This document shows positions 47,279-57,881 of a stretch of 64,000 bases of DNA, in pieces. The notes beneath the pieces were generated by a model. It was not told the origin of the DNA. It did no database searches and saw only the letters and a program-made list of their open reading frames with translations. Each line of letters begins with the position of its first letter. The first letter of the stretch is position 1. Origin of the DNA: an uncultured Nitrospiraceae bacterium (GTDB taxonomy: Bacteria > Nitrospirota > Nitrospiria > Nitrospirales > Nitrospiraceae). The translations under genes and the position numbers were made by a program. The DNA lies in NCBI GenBank assembly GCA_963711905.1, contig CAVQFZ010000019.1, positions 12,265 through 76,264 of the forward strand, read 5' to 3'.

Positions 47279-49786
47279 ATGGGCAATTCCATCATCATCA
47301 AGGGCGCGCGAGAGCATAACCTCAAGAACATCGACGTGGAAATTCCGCGCGACAAGCTGGTGGTGATCACCGGCTTGAGCGGGTCCGGTAAGTCGTCGCT
47401 TGCCTTCGACACCATCTATGCGGAAGGGCAGCGGCGGTACGTCGAGTCGCTCTCCGCCTATGCCCGGCAGTTTCTCGAACAGATGGGGAAGCCGGATGTC
47501 GATTCCATCGAAGGCCTATCTCCTGCCATCTCCATCGAGCAGAAGAGCACCAGCCATAACCCCCGTTCGACCGTCGGCACCGTCACGGAGATCTACGACT
47601 ACCTGCGCCTCCTCTTTGCCCGCGTCGGGCGTCCCTACTGTTTTCAATGTGGAGAAGAAATTACCGCGCAGACCGTCCAGCAGATGGTCGATGCGATTGT
47701 CTCGCTGCCGGAAGGCATGAAGTTCCAGATTCTTGCCCCGATTGTGCGCGGGCGGAAGGGGGAATACCGGAAGGAACTGCTGGAGATGCGAAAGGCAGGC
47801 TATGTCCGCGCCCGCGTCGACGGCAAGATTGTCGATCTGGGCGAGGACATTGCCCTCGATAAACAGAAAAAGCACCAGATCGAAATCATCATTGATCGGC
47901 TGATCATAAAACCAGGCGATGCCTTGCTGCGGCGACTGGCGGATTCCGTTGAAACATCGCTGAAGCTGACCGGTGGGTTGGTTGGAGTCCTCATGGAAGA
48001 CGGTCAGGCCAGACTCTACAGCGACAAACTAGCCTGCATCAAGTGCGGTGTCAGCTATCCGGAAATCACGCCTCGGGTGTTTTCCTTCAATAGCCCGCAC
48101 GGGGCCTGTCCTGCCTGCGATGGCATCGGCTATGCCGTGACCCCGGACGGCCAGGAAGAAGAAGATTTCACATTGCTGGAGCTTTGTGAAGTCTGTCATG
48201 GCGCAAGGCTCAGGCCGGAAAGTCTGTCCATTAAATTAGCCAAGAAGTCGATTGCCGAGGTAACCAGTCTTTCGGTTCGCGCGGCGGCTGACTTTTTCCT
48301 GTCACTCAAGTTCACCGATCGAGAGCTGGTGATTGCGCATCGAATCCTCAAAGAAGTTCGCGAACGATTAGGGTTTCTCGTCAATGTGGGCCTGGACTAT
48401 CTCACGCTCGATCGGGCGGCGGCGACGTTGTCCGGGGGCGAGGGGCAGCGGATCAGATTGGCGACGCAGATCGGGTCTGGCCTGGTGGGCGTGTTGTACA
48501 TCCTGGACGAACCCTCCATTGGACTGCATCAGCGCGACAATCGCCGGTTGTTGCAGACGTTGCTCAGGCTGCGGGATCTCGGCAATACGGTAGTGGTGGT
48601 TGAGCATGACGCCGAGACGATGCAGGCGGCGGACCATATTCTCGACATGGGGCCTGGGGCCGGCTCGCAGGGCGGGCATGTGATCGCGCAGGGGACGCCT
48701 CAGCAGATCATGGGCGACCCCAATTCGTTGACTGGGCAATACTTGCGGGGTGTTCAGACTGTGTCCGTGCCGCAACGACGGCGGAAGCCCAGAGGTATGC
48801 TTTTTATAGTCGAGGCACAGAAACATAACCTAAAAAACCTGACGGCGCGAATCCCGCTAGGCCTGATGACCTGCGTGACCGGCGTATCGGGGTCGGGCAA
48901 GAGCACCTTGGTGTTGGAAGTGCTCTTTCACTCGCTCTCCCAGTTGCTCTACCACAAGAAACCGAAGATCGATGGGTGCAAAGAATTGAGAGGAGTCGAT
49001 GCGCTCGACAAAGTCATCGACATCGATCAATCCCCCATCGGCCGGACGCCGCGTTCCAACCCCGCGACCTATACCGGACTCTTCGGCTACATCCGCGATC
49101 TCTATTCGAACCTACCGGAGTCGCGTGTGCGTGGCTATAAGCCTGGGCGTTATAGCTTCAACGTGAAAGGCGGGCGGTGCGAGGCCTGTCAAGGCGACGG
49201 GCTCATCAAGATCGAGATGCATTTCCTGCCCGACGTCTATGTCACGTGCGAGGTCTGTAAAGGACAACGCTACAACCGCGAGACACTGGAGATTCTCCAT
49301 AAGGGCAAAAGCATCGCCGATGTACTAAATATGACGGTAGACGATGCGTTGGAGTTCTTCGTGCACATTCCGTTGATCAAAGCGAAGCTCCAGACCTTGC
49401 ACGATGTCGGCCTGCACTATGTGAAACTTGGCCAATCGGCAACGACGCTCTCCGGTGGCGAAGCGCAACGAGTGAAGTTGTCACGCGAACTCTCCAAGCG
49501 GGCAACAGGCCGCACAATGTACATCCTCGATGAGCCGACCACCGGTCTCCATTTTGCCGATGTCCAACGGTTGCTCGATGTGCTGGATCGACTGGTCGAA
49601 GCCGGAAACACGGTGCTCGTGATCGAACACAATCTGGATGTGATCAAGAACGCCGATTGGATCATCGACCTCGGTCCCGAAGGTGGAGATCGCGGCGGCG
49701 AGATCGTCGCCGAAGGACCGCCGAAAGAAATTGCGAAGGCGAGGCGGTCGTATACGGGGCAAGTGTTGAAAGAGGCGGGGGTGTGA
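47279..49786 (+). CDS. uvrA: Excinuclease ABC subunit A (835 aa; insertion domain absent)
   Basis: [52 protein letters not shown] and [11 protein letters not shown]. Confidence 0.97.
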   Translation: MGNSIIIKGAREHNLKNIDVEIPRDKLVVITGLSGSGKSSLAFDTIYAEGQRRYVESLSAYARQFLEQMGKPDVDSIEGLSPAISIEQKSTSHNPRSTVGTVTEIYDYLRLLFARVGRPYCFQCGEEITAQTVQQMVDAIVSLPEGMKFQILAPIVRGRKGEYRKELLEMRKAGYVRARVDGKIVDLGEDIALDKQKKHQIEIIIDRLIIKPGDALLRRLADSVETSLKLTGGLVGVLMEDGQARLYSDKLACIKCGVSYPEITPRVFSFNSPHGACPACDGIGYAVTPDGQEEEDFTLLELCEVCHGARLRPESLSIKLAKKSIAEVTSLSVRAAADFFLSLKFTDRELVIAHRILKEVRERLGFLVNVGLDYLTLDRAAATLSGGEGQRIRLATQIGSGLVGVLYILDEPSIGLHQRDNRRLLQTLLRLRDLGNTVVVVEHDAETMQAADHILDMGPGAGSQGGHVIAQGTPQQIMGDPNSLTGQYLRGVQTVSVPQRRRKPRGMLFIVEAQKHNLKNLTARIPLGLMTCVTGVSGSGKSTLVLEVLFHSLSQLLYHKKPKIDGCKELRGVDALDKVIDIDQSPIGRTPRSNPATYTGLFGYIRDLYSNLPESRVRGYKPGRYSFNVKGGRCEACQGDGLIKIEMHFLPDVYVTCEVCKGQRYNRETLEILHKGKSIADVLNMTVDDALEFFVHIPLIKAKLQTLHDVGLHYVKLGQSATTLSGGEAQRVKLSRELSKRATGRTMYILDEPTTGLHFADVQRLLDVLDRLVEAGNTVLVIEHNLDVIKNADWIIDLGPEGGDRGGEIVAEGPPKEIAKARRSYTGQVLKEAGV

Positions 49787-50060
49787 GCGGGGCTGGATGG
49801 GACGGAACTTTCGTCGTCGCCAGGATGCGATGAGCCCTGATGGCAGCCGAATCGCTACTCTTGGCTGCAGGCGACTCTAAAGCGCGATGAAGCATCGCAT
49901 GCCGTCGCCCGCAGCACTTTCTTCAGCTATATCTCGCCACTCCCGCTATGACGACTCTCGAAAGCTCATCCCTTCCATCCCGCCTGAGAAAAGGGAAGGG
50001 GAAGTGGTGGCTGATGGCGCTAATGGCCCTCAACCATGTTTGATATTGTTCGGGAGAATA

Positions 50061-50945
50061 ATGCCTCCCTTGACGTTGTTCTTGGATCAGTGGGTTATTA
50101 TCAATTTACTTCAAGATCCTTCATGTATGTCACAGCGAGAGAGGCTTGTCTTGCTCTGCAAAAGCGGAGCTTGCACCCTGGTTTTGACAATTTGGTATGT
50201 CCAGGAAGCAATAAGAGATGGTAACAAAGATAGGGCTAAAGACCTTTGCGAAAAGATCGAAACTCTTTCAAAGGAAGTTCCATGTGTCTGGATTAGGCTG
50301 AAGACTGATCTGCAAGAAGATGAGGTCGCTGAGGATTTCTTCAATTCAATTGGAGCATCCTACTATAAACGCAGCCCATTCTGTGAAGGGGTTCTTGCTA
50401 TTTTCCCGGAATTAAATAGGCATCATGATATTGAGAATATTAGGAAAGAAGGATTGGTTTGGTTATTCAAGAGGCCAAAGCTCTTTCACGGAGCATTTGC
50501 TGAGCAATCGAAGTATCCCAGTATCAAGGCGAAACTCAAATCGACGGTTGGACGAAGAGGTTTATCTCGAGAAGAGCAGAACCATTTCGTTCAGATGCTA
50601 CTTCCATCTCAATACCCTGGAGGCTTGGTAATAGCCGACGAGTCAAAACGACAATATCTTCAAACAATGAACATCAAGAAGTTCCGCGCCCTGTCTTTTG
50701 AGGCAGCGCTATCGGAAGCAACAACAGCCGACGCTCGGGCGCGTCCTACCGAACAAGACTTGGTGGATTTGCAGCATGCAGTCAGTGTGGTCCCATATGT
50801 TGATGTTGTGGTTCTTGACGCTAAATTCCGCAAATATGCATTGACCGTAAAGAAGAAGTGGAAAGGTGCAGAGCCATTGGCCGAATGTTTTGATAATATT
50901 GGTGCCGCACTAGATTGGATTGAAAGACAAGCCGCCAAATGTTGA
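50061..50945 (+). CDS. Hypothetical protein with PIN-like acidic signature; AT-rich
   Basis: LFLDQW near the N-terminus, YVQE, DLVDLQH..PYVDVVVLD; SD gggaga. Codon usage is visibly more A/T-rich than the flanks. Confidence 0.6.
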   Translation: MPPLTLFLDQWVIINLLQDPSCMSQRERLVLLCKSGACTLVLTIWYVQEAIRDGNKDRAKDLCEKIETLSKEVPCVWIRLKTDLQEDEVAEDFFNSIGASYYKRSPFCEGVLAIFPELNRHHDIENIRKEGLVWLFKRPKLFHGAFAEQSKYPSIKAKLKSTVGRRGLSREEQNHFVQMLLPSQYPGGLVIADESKRQYLQTMNIKKFRALSFEAALSEATTADARARPTEQDLVDLQHAVSVVPYVDVVVLDAKFRKYALTVKKKWKGAEPLAECFDNIGAALDWIERQAAKC

Positions 50946-51146
50946 AGCGCAATTTCCTCACGTCGTGGTCTCTTAGCATGGTTTGGCTCCAAGCCATAAT
51001 AGAATAGATTGATTTTCTTCAGCTCCTATCTGAGTCCTGATCCTTCTGGTCGAGGAAGCCCTTCCACTCCCGCTTGCAGCTCATCTGTTAGGCCACTACA
51101 ATACCGCGCTATTCATCCCGACTGTCGAGCCAAGGAGGACATCGGC

Positions 51147-53673
51147 ATGCCGAAAGCGAAGAAGACTGATTCCAGCGCGAAGACCGAAAGTACTGCGAAG
51201 AAATCCACACCATCATCCGCGTCTGCCCTATCCACCGCCGAGGATTTCGAGAAACTCGGCGTCTTTTATCTGGGGCGGCCCTATGATCATGCGACCAAAC
51301 AGGCCAAGCCAGGATGGCTCCTGTACGACTCGAAAGATCTGGTGACTCACGCGGTCTGCGTCGGCATGACCGGCAGTGGTAAGACAGGGCTCTGTCTCTC
51401 GCTGCTTGAAGAAGCGGCGATCGACAACATTCCCGCCATCATCATCGATCCCAAGGGCGACCTCGGCAATTTGATGCTGACGTTTCCGTCTCTTAAAGGC
51501 GAAGACTTCCAGCCCTGGATCAATGAGGACGACGCGCGCAAGAAAGGCTTGTCATCGGTTGATTATGCCCAGGCCCAGGCTGAATTGTGGGCCAAAGGGC
51601 TTGGCCGGTTGGCAACAGGATGGTGCGCGGATTCAACGGCTGCGGGATGCGGCGGATGTGGCGATCTACACGCCCGGCAGCAATGCCGGGCTGCCGGTAT
51701 CTATCCTCAAATCGTTCGCCGCTCCGGCTGCCGATGTGCGCGAAGATGCAGAGTTGCTGCGCGAGCGGATCAGCACGACCGTCACGAGTCTGTTGGGTTT
51801 GCTCGGGATTGAGGCAGATCCAATTCAGAGCCGCGAGCACATTCTGCTGTCCACGATCCTCGATCAGACGTGGAAGAAAGAAGAAGATCTTGATTTAGCG
51901 GCATTGATCCAGGCCATCCAGTCACCGCCGGTCTCGAAGATCGGTGTGATGGACGTCGATTCCTTCTTCCCGTCGAAGGATCGCTTTGCGCTCGCGATGA
52001 AGTTGAACAATCTGCTCGCGGCGCCTGGTTTCCAGGCCTGGATGGAAGGGGAAGCCCTGGACATCCAGTCGTTACTCTACACCCCTGCGGGAAAGCCACG
52101 GCTGGCGATTTTCTCCATCGCACATCTGAATGATGCCGAGCGAATGTTCTTCGTGACGCTGTTGCTAAGCCAAATGGTCGGGTGGATGAGAGCGCAGTCG
52201 GGCACGACCAGCCTGCGAGCGCTGCTCTACATGGACGAAATCTTCGGCTACTTTCCGCCGGTGGCCAATCCTCCTTCAAAACTGCCGCTGATGACCTTGC
52301 TCAAACAGGCGCGCGCGTTCGGCCTCGGTGTTGTGCTCGCCACGCAGAATCCCGTCGACCTCGACTACAAAGGCCTGGCCAACACCGGCACCTGGTTCAT
52401 CGGACGACTGCAAACCGAACGAGATAAGGCTCGTGTTCTGGAAGGGCTGGAAGGGGCTTCGAGCAGCGCCGGGAAGAAGTTTGACCGTGGCCGCATGGAG
52501 CAAACGCTGGCAGGTCTCGGCAATCGGATCTTTCTCATGAACAATGTCCATGAGGACGAACCGGTTGTGTTTGAAACACGTTGGTGTCTGTCCTACCTCC
52601 GTGGGCCTCTCACGAGAACGCAGATCAAGGCGTTGATGGATCCAGTGAGAGGTAAGGGGTTAGGGGTAAAGGGTGAGGCGAAGGTATCAGCCCCTCACCC
52701 CTCACGCCTCACCCCTCACGGAGCCCGTCCCATGCTGCCTCCGGACGTTTCGCAGCATTTTGTGTCGCTGCGAGGTAGTAAGCCGGAGGAAAGTGAATTG
52801 GTCTATGGGCCGATGCTGCTGGGTTCATCGCAGATCCGCTTCTCCGATTCCAAGAGCGGGATCGATACGACTCAAGATATGACCGTACTGGCGTCTATCA
52901 CCGACGGTCCTGTCCCTGTGGTCTGGGATAAGGCGACGGTAGCGGATCTGGCTGTCTCAGATCTCGAACAAACACCGGCAGAAGGCGCGCAGTTTCTTGC
53001 TTTGCCGACGACCGCCGGCAAGGCCAAGAGCTACACCGAGTGGAACAAGGAATTTAGTGGTTGGCTCTTCAGAACACAAAAAATAGAGTTGTTCAGGAGC
53101 CCCAGCACGAAGGGAGTGTCCAAACCAGGGGAGTCAGAGCGGGATTTTCGAGTGCGATTGCAGCAAGCCGGGCGGGAACAGCGCGACAAGGCTGCTGAGA
53201 CGCTGCGCCAGAAATATGCATCGAAGATTGCGACGCTTCAAGACCGCATTAGACGGGCGGAGCTGGCCCGAGAAAAACAGCAGACCGAATCCCGCTCCAG
53301 CCAAGTCCAGGCGGCCATTTCTGTCGGCGCTTCCATCCTCGGGGCCTTTCTTGGACGGAAGATCATCAGCGCTACGAATATCGGACGCGCCACCACGGCG
53401 GTTCGGAGCGCAGGCCGGGTGATGAAAGAATCGAAAGATGTCGGGGCGGCGGAAGAAAACGTGGCAGCGCTGCAACAGCAATTGGCCGAGCTTGAAGCGC
53501 AATTCAAATCCGAGAGCGACGCGCTGGCGGCGGCGACCGACCCGCTGAACGAAAAGCTTGAATTGGTCTGCATCAAACCCACCAAAGCCAACATTGCCGT
53601 GAAGTTGGTGACCCTGGCGTGGACCCCGCAGTGGCGGGATACCGAGGGGGTCCTCTCATCGGCCTGGTCCTAG
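51147..53673 (+). CDS. HerA/FtsK-like (DUF87/DUF853) ATPase with C-terminal coiled coil; apparent +1 frameshift at 51603-04
   Basis: Walker [16 protein letters not shown], Walker B YMDEIFG and [11 protein letters not shown]. Removing one G gives a continuous [12 protein letters not shown]. Confidence 0.85.
52645..52720. repeat. Inverted heptamer arrays (GTGAGGG-like x5 / CCCTCAC-like x4) inside the ATPase CDS
   Basis: gtgagag gtaaggg gttaggg gtaaagg gtgaggc ... ccctcac ccctcac gcctcac ccctcac; reading frame preserved. Confidence 0.85.
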
Positions 53674-53788
53674 GCCTTAGGGCAATTTCTTCTCAGAGCC
53701 ACTCGTGTTTCCTGGGGCGTTGGGCGTAAAATGGCCCGGCTCGATCATATTCTGTTCGCTTCTCTGCCATGCTGTTAGCGAGACGGCC

Positions 53789-56278
53789 ATGACCCCACCC
53801 TCGAGGAGGGAAGACCCGGCTTCTCATCATGCCGCGGCCGCAGTTGTGTCCGCGATGCCGAAACAACTATTCAACGCCCTCCTCGATCAATCGGCGGTCG
53901 GTGTTGCTCTCATCGAGGCAGCAACGGGCCGGATTGTCGAGGCCAACCGACGGTGCGGAGACATTACGGGGTTGCCACAGGCGGATCTGATTGCAACCCC
54001 TCTTCGTGCCATCATTCACCCCCAAGATGTGCCAACGATCCTCAATCAGATCGAGGCGCTGAAAACCGGGCGGACTCGAACAGTGGCTCTAGAGCACCGG
54101 TGCTTCAAGCCTGACGGCTCCATTGTATGGGTGGCGCTTTGGCTATCTTCTCCCAGTGACATCGAAAAATTGCCGACCGTCTATCTGGCGATCATCGAAG
54201 ACATCGACGAGCGCAAGCAGATCGAGGAGGCGTTACGGGCCAGCGAGCTAAAGTTCCGCGCCTTGAGCGAGGCGACGACGACGGCCATCTTTGTTTATCA
54301 GCACAACAGGTTTCTCTATGCCAATCCCGCCGCGCTTTCGATTTCGCGATATACCCTTAACGAGCTGCTGACGATGTCGTTATGGCACATCGTTCCCCCG
54401 GAGTTTCAGGACTGGGTCAGAGCACGACTGGCGGCTATCGAGCGGGGCGACCAGGTGTCCTCACGACTGGAAATCCCAATTCTTCGCAAAGACGGCGAAA
54501 CTCGGTGGCTGGATTTCAGCGCGGCGACAATCCTGATCGACGGCCAGCCTGCAAGAATCGGTTCGGCCTACGATATTACGGAACGGAGGCTTGCGGAGGC
54601 TCGCGAGCGAGCCAGGCTTGAGCGGGTTATCCGGCTTCAAGAAGGACAGCTGAAGTTGGCTCGGCTTGCGCATGGAGATCTGACGCCGGATCTGCGCACC
54701 ATCGTGAGAATAACGGCGGAGACCATCGAGGTCGAACGGGTCGGACTCTGGCTCTTCAACGGCGACCGATCCGCGCTCGTTTGTCGCGAACTCTACCGGC
54801 GTAGCCTCGCGACATACGAGACCGAACCGGCGCTGGAGGCCTCGCGGTATCCGACCTATTTTGATGCGCTTCAGAGAGGTCTAAGCGTGGAGGCGACCAG
54901 TGCGATCAACGATGATGCGACGAAAGAACTCGCCGAACCCTATTTGCGGCGGCTCGGCATCGCGTCGATGTTGGATGCGCCGATCAGACGTGCCGGAAGG
55001 CTGGTCGGAGTGTTGTGCTGCGAGCACGTCGGTGAGGAACGGGTCTGGTCCGCCGAGGAAACCTCGTTTGTGGCGGCGGCAGCCGACCATGTCGCGCTCA
55101 GTTTCGTGGTGGAAGAGCGCAGAAAGGCGACGGAGGCGCTGAGGGCGAGCGAGGCGCGGTTCGCATTGGCGGCTCAGGGGGCGAACGACGGTCTCTGGGA
55201 TTGGAACATGGAGACCGACGAAGCCTATCTCTCTCCCCGCTGGCAGCAGCTTCTCGGATTCGAGGACGGAGAGGTGTCGAATCGCACACAGTCGCTCTTT
55301 GGTCGGCTGCATCGTGACGATCGATCACGGGTGAAGGATGCCCTCCGCGCTCATGTCGACCGGCGTGCTCCGTATGATCTCGAGTTTCGATTGCGATGCA
55401 AGGATGGATCGTACCGCTGGTTCCGATCGCGAGGACAAGCGCAGTGGAACGAAGGCGGCCGTCCATACCGGATGGCGGGGTCGATTACCGACATCACGGA
55501 CAGGCGGCGGGCCTTCGACGCGCTGCGTGACGCCTATCGCTCCCTTCAATCGATGAGTCGCGAGGTGCAGGTGGCGCAAGAGCGGGAACGCACCAGGCTG
55601 TCACGGGAACTGCATGATGAATTCGGTCAGTTACTCGGCGCGCTCCAGTTCGACTTGAACCGACTGGCTGAGAGCCGTTCAGCGAAACCTACTCCTTCCG
55701 GATCGGTGCGCCGTCTTGCCACATCGGCCCTGGCAACGGTGGATCGGTTGTTCGTATCGCTGCGGGAGATGATCGAGGGTCTACGTCCGGCAGTGTTGGA
55801 AGAGTTGGGACTTGTCGAGGCGATTGAATCGATGGCGGTCAAACTGGGGCAACAGTCGAAACTCCTCTTTCGAATCCATGCGGATCCCGAAATGCGCGCA
55901 TCCATCGGTAGCATGGAACTCGAAGGCGCACTGTATCGCATGGTCCAGGAGTTGCTGATGAACATCGTTCGGCATGCCGAGGCAAAGTCTGCGACCGTCG
56001 CCCTCCGCTGTATCGAGGGATGGGTGCAGCTCACGGTAAAGGACGACGGCCGAGGGTTTCAGGTCGACAAGGCGTTGCGCAAAGGGCGCCACGGACTTCA
56101 GGGCATTCGGGAGCGGGCAGAATTGCTGGGAGGGACGGTCGAGATCCAGTCCGCGCCGCGCAAGGGCACCTGCGTGAGGGTGTCCATTCCGATCGATCCC
56201 AAACAGCTGGACGACAGCCGTACGCCCCCGCCGCTGCCGGCGGCGGCAGGCAAGAAGGGCCGCCACGATGGGGCATAA
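53789..56278 (+). CDS. Cytoplasmic sensor histidine kinase, PAS-PAS-GAF-PAS-HisKA_3-HATPase (NarX/UhpB type)
   Basis: ERERTRLSRELHDEFGQ, LRPAVLEELGL, QELLMNIVRHA, DDGRGF and GLQGIRER. Confidence 0.92.
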   Translation: MTPPSRREDPASHHAAAAVVSAMPKQLFNALLDQSAVGVALIEAATGRIVEANRRCGDITGLPQADLIATPLRAIIHPQDVPTILNQIEALKTGRTRTVALEHRCFKPDGSIVWVALWLSSPSDIEKLPTVYLAIIEDIDERKQIEEALRASELKFRALSEATTTAIFVYQHNRFLYANPAALSISRYTLNELLTMSLWHIVPPEFQDWVRARLAAIERGDQVSSRLEIPILRKDGETRWLDFSAATILIDGQPARIGSAYDITERRLAEARERARLERVIRLQEGQLKLARLAHGDLTPDLRTIVRITAETIEVERVGLWLFNGDRSALVCRELYRRSLATYETEPALEASRYPTYFDALQRGLSVEATSAINDDATKELAEPYLRRLGIASMLDAPIRRAGRLVGVLCCEHVGEERVWSAEETSFVAAAADHVALSFVVEERRKATEALRASEARFALAAQGANDGLWDWNMETDEAYLSPRWQQLLGFEDGEVSNRTQSLFGRLHRDDRSRVKDALRAHVDRRAPYDLEFRLRCKDGSYRWFRSRGQAQWNEGGRPYRMAGSITDITDRRRAFDALRDAYRSLQSMSREVQVAQERERTRLSRELHDEFGQLLGALQFDLNRLAESRSAKPTPSGSVRRLATSALATVDRLFVSLREMIEGLRPAVLEELGLVEAIESMAVKLGQQSKLLFRIHADPEMRASIGSMELEGALYRMVQELLMNIVRHAEAKSATVALRCIEGWVQLTVKDDGRGFQVDKALRKGRHGLQGIRERAELLGGTVEIQSAPRKGTCVRVSIPIDPKQLDDSRTPPPLPAAAGKKGRHDGA

Positions 56279-56909
56279 GTATAGATGTTTGGTCGTCGAC
56301 GACCATCCGCTCATGCGCAAGGGAGTCAAAGACTTGTTGCTTGCAAAGCGGCTCTGTCATGCCGTCGTTGAAGCAGCTTCTGCCGAGGCGGCGCTGACAG
56401 CAGTTCGCCGTGAATCTTGGGATCTGCTGGTCCTTGATGTGGCGCTTCCCGACAAACATGGCATCGAGGTCCTCAAAGAGGTCAAACTCCTACGCCCCTC
56501 CCTCCCGGTGATTATGTTGAGTCTGTATCCGGAACGAGAGTTTGCCCTGCGCGCCATCAAAGCCGGTGCATCCGGCTATCTCACGAAGGATCGACCGCCC
56601 TCTGAACTCGTGAAAGCAGTTGAGGAAGTTGCCGCTGGACGACGGTATATCACTCCCTCGCTGGCCAACCAGATGGCGGATTTGTTGGATCGAGGGCAAC
56701 CAGAGACGCTGCATGCACGACTGTCTGACCGGGAGATGCAAGTCCTGCGGCTTCTGGGGCAGGGCAAAGCCGTCTCGATCATTGCCGATGAATTGGCCTT
56801 GAGCGTGAAGACCGTCAGCACCTATCGAGGGAGATTGTTGGAAAAACTCAAGCTGGCCACTACAGCGGACCTCATAAAGTACGCGATCGAACACCAGCTG
56901 ACAACCTGA
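56268..56909 (+). CDS. NarL/FixJ-family (LuxR HTH) response regulator 1
   Basis: VVDDHP, DLLVLD, GYLTK, LSDREMQV and LSVKTVSTYR; overlaps the kinase stop. Confidence 0.93.
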   Translation: MGHKYRCLVVDDHPLMRKGVKDLLLAKRLCHAVVEAASAEAALTAVRRESWDLLVLDVALPDKHGIEVLKEVKLLRPSLPVIMLSLYPEREFALRAIKAGASGYLTKDRPPSELVKAVEEVAAGRRYITPSLANQMADLLDRGQPETLHARLSDREMQVLRLLGQGKAVSIIADELALSVKTVSTYRGRLLEKLKLATTADLIKYAIEHQLTT

Positions 56910-57106
56910 ACTCTCCAGCGAATCCCACCCTGATCGATTACCGCGCGCTTACGAAAAACGCAGGGAGATCGATTCTCAGCCCGGAAATGTGGTGGGCTAG
57001 GATTGCCGTGCGTGTAGGACGGCAGCGGACATCCAGATCAGTTCCTGTCTGCTATCTCTCTTTTGCTTGTACCAGTATGGTTTGCGTAAGAGTTTCATGG
57101 CTGACC

Positions 57107-57733
57107 ATGCTTATCCTACTCGTCGACGATCATCCTCTTCTTCGCCGGGCCGTTAAGGCCGTCATTGAAAGCCACTTCCCTTCGACGGTGGTGTGGGAAG
57201 CGGCTACCGGGGAGGACGCGATTCGGATCGTGCTGGCGGAACCCGTAGAGATGGCGATTCTGGATATCAGTCTTCCGGATTTCAGTGGCTTAACCTTGTT
57301 GAAACGGATCAAACATATGCGCCCCGCGGTGAAGTGTCTCATGCTGACCATGCATGACAATGCGCAGTACGTCCTTCTTGCGATGACCCATGGAGCTGTA
57401 GGTTATCTGACGAAAGAAGCGAACTCCGATGAATTAAGGGATGCCATACGGACCATTCTCTCCGGACGCCAGGCGGTGATGGAGCCGTTGTACGAAACGC
57501 TCGACCGCCGTGCAGTGCGTCGCGATGTGAGATGGCCGCACGAATCCCTTTCCGTGCGCGAGCTGAAAGTCTTGTCCCTGTTCGCCAAAGGCTTCACGGT
57601 CTCACAGGTCGCGAAGCGATTGAAGCTGAGTGTCAAGACCGTGAGCACCTATCGGACCAGGTTACTCCAAAAGCTGCGCCTCGGGACGACCGCCTCTCTC
57701 ATCCGGTACGCGGTCGATCGTCAGCTGGTGTGA
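57107..57733 (+). CDS. NarL/FixJ-family response regulator 2
   Basis: LVDDHP, AILDISLP, GYLTK, LSVREL and LSVKTVSTYR. Confidence 0.92.
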   Translation: MLILLVDDHPLLRRAVKAVIESHFPSTVVWEAATGEDAIRIVLAEPVEMAILDISLPDFSGLTLLKRIKHMRPAVKCLMLTMHDNAQYVLLAMTHGAVGYLTKEANSDELRDAIRTILSGRQAVMEPLYETLDRRAVRRDVRWPHESLSVRELKVLSLFAKGFTVSQVAKRLKLSVKTVSTYRTRLLQKLRLGTTASLIRYAVDRQLV

Positions 57734-57881
57734 GAGCGAATCGGTTACTTCCATGACTCTGTGTAGGAGAAAGACCGATACTCAGTTCCGATTCGAGCTG
57801 ATATCTACCCGCAGCGCTTCCTGATAGCCTCAAAACAGAACCGAGTCAGTGCAGCGGCTCGTCACAGAGGAGATTGTTCCG

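Noticed and set aside
49790-49975. Possible RHH/antitoxin relic on the minus strand (VAIRLPSGLI)
   Set aside because: Two in-frame stops and only a short, low-specificity resemblance.
57012-57789. GTGTAGGA...CAGTTCC shared upstream of regulators 2 and 3
   Set aside because: The spacing differs (19 vs 14 nt) and there is no dyad symmetry; insufficient support.
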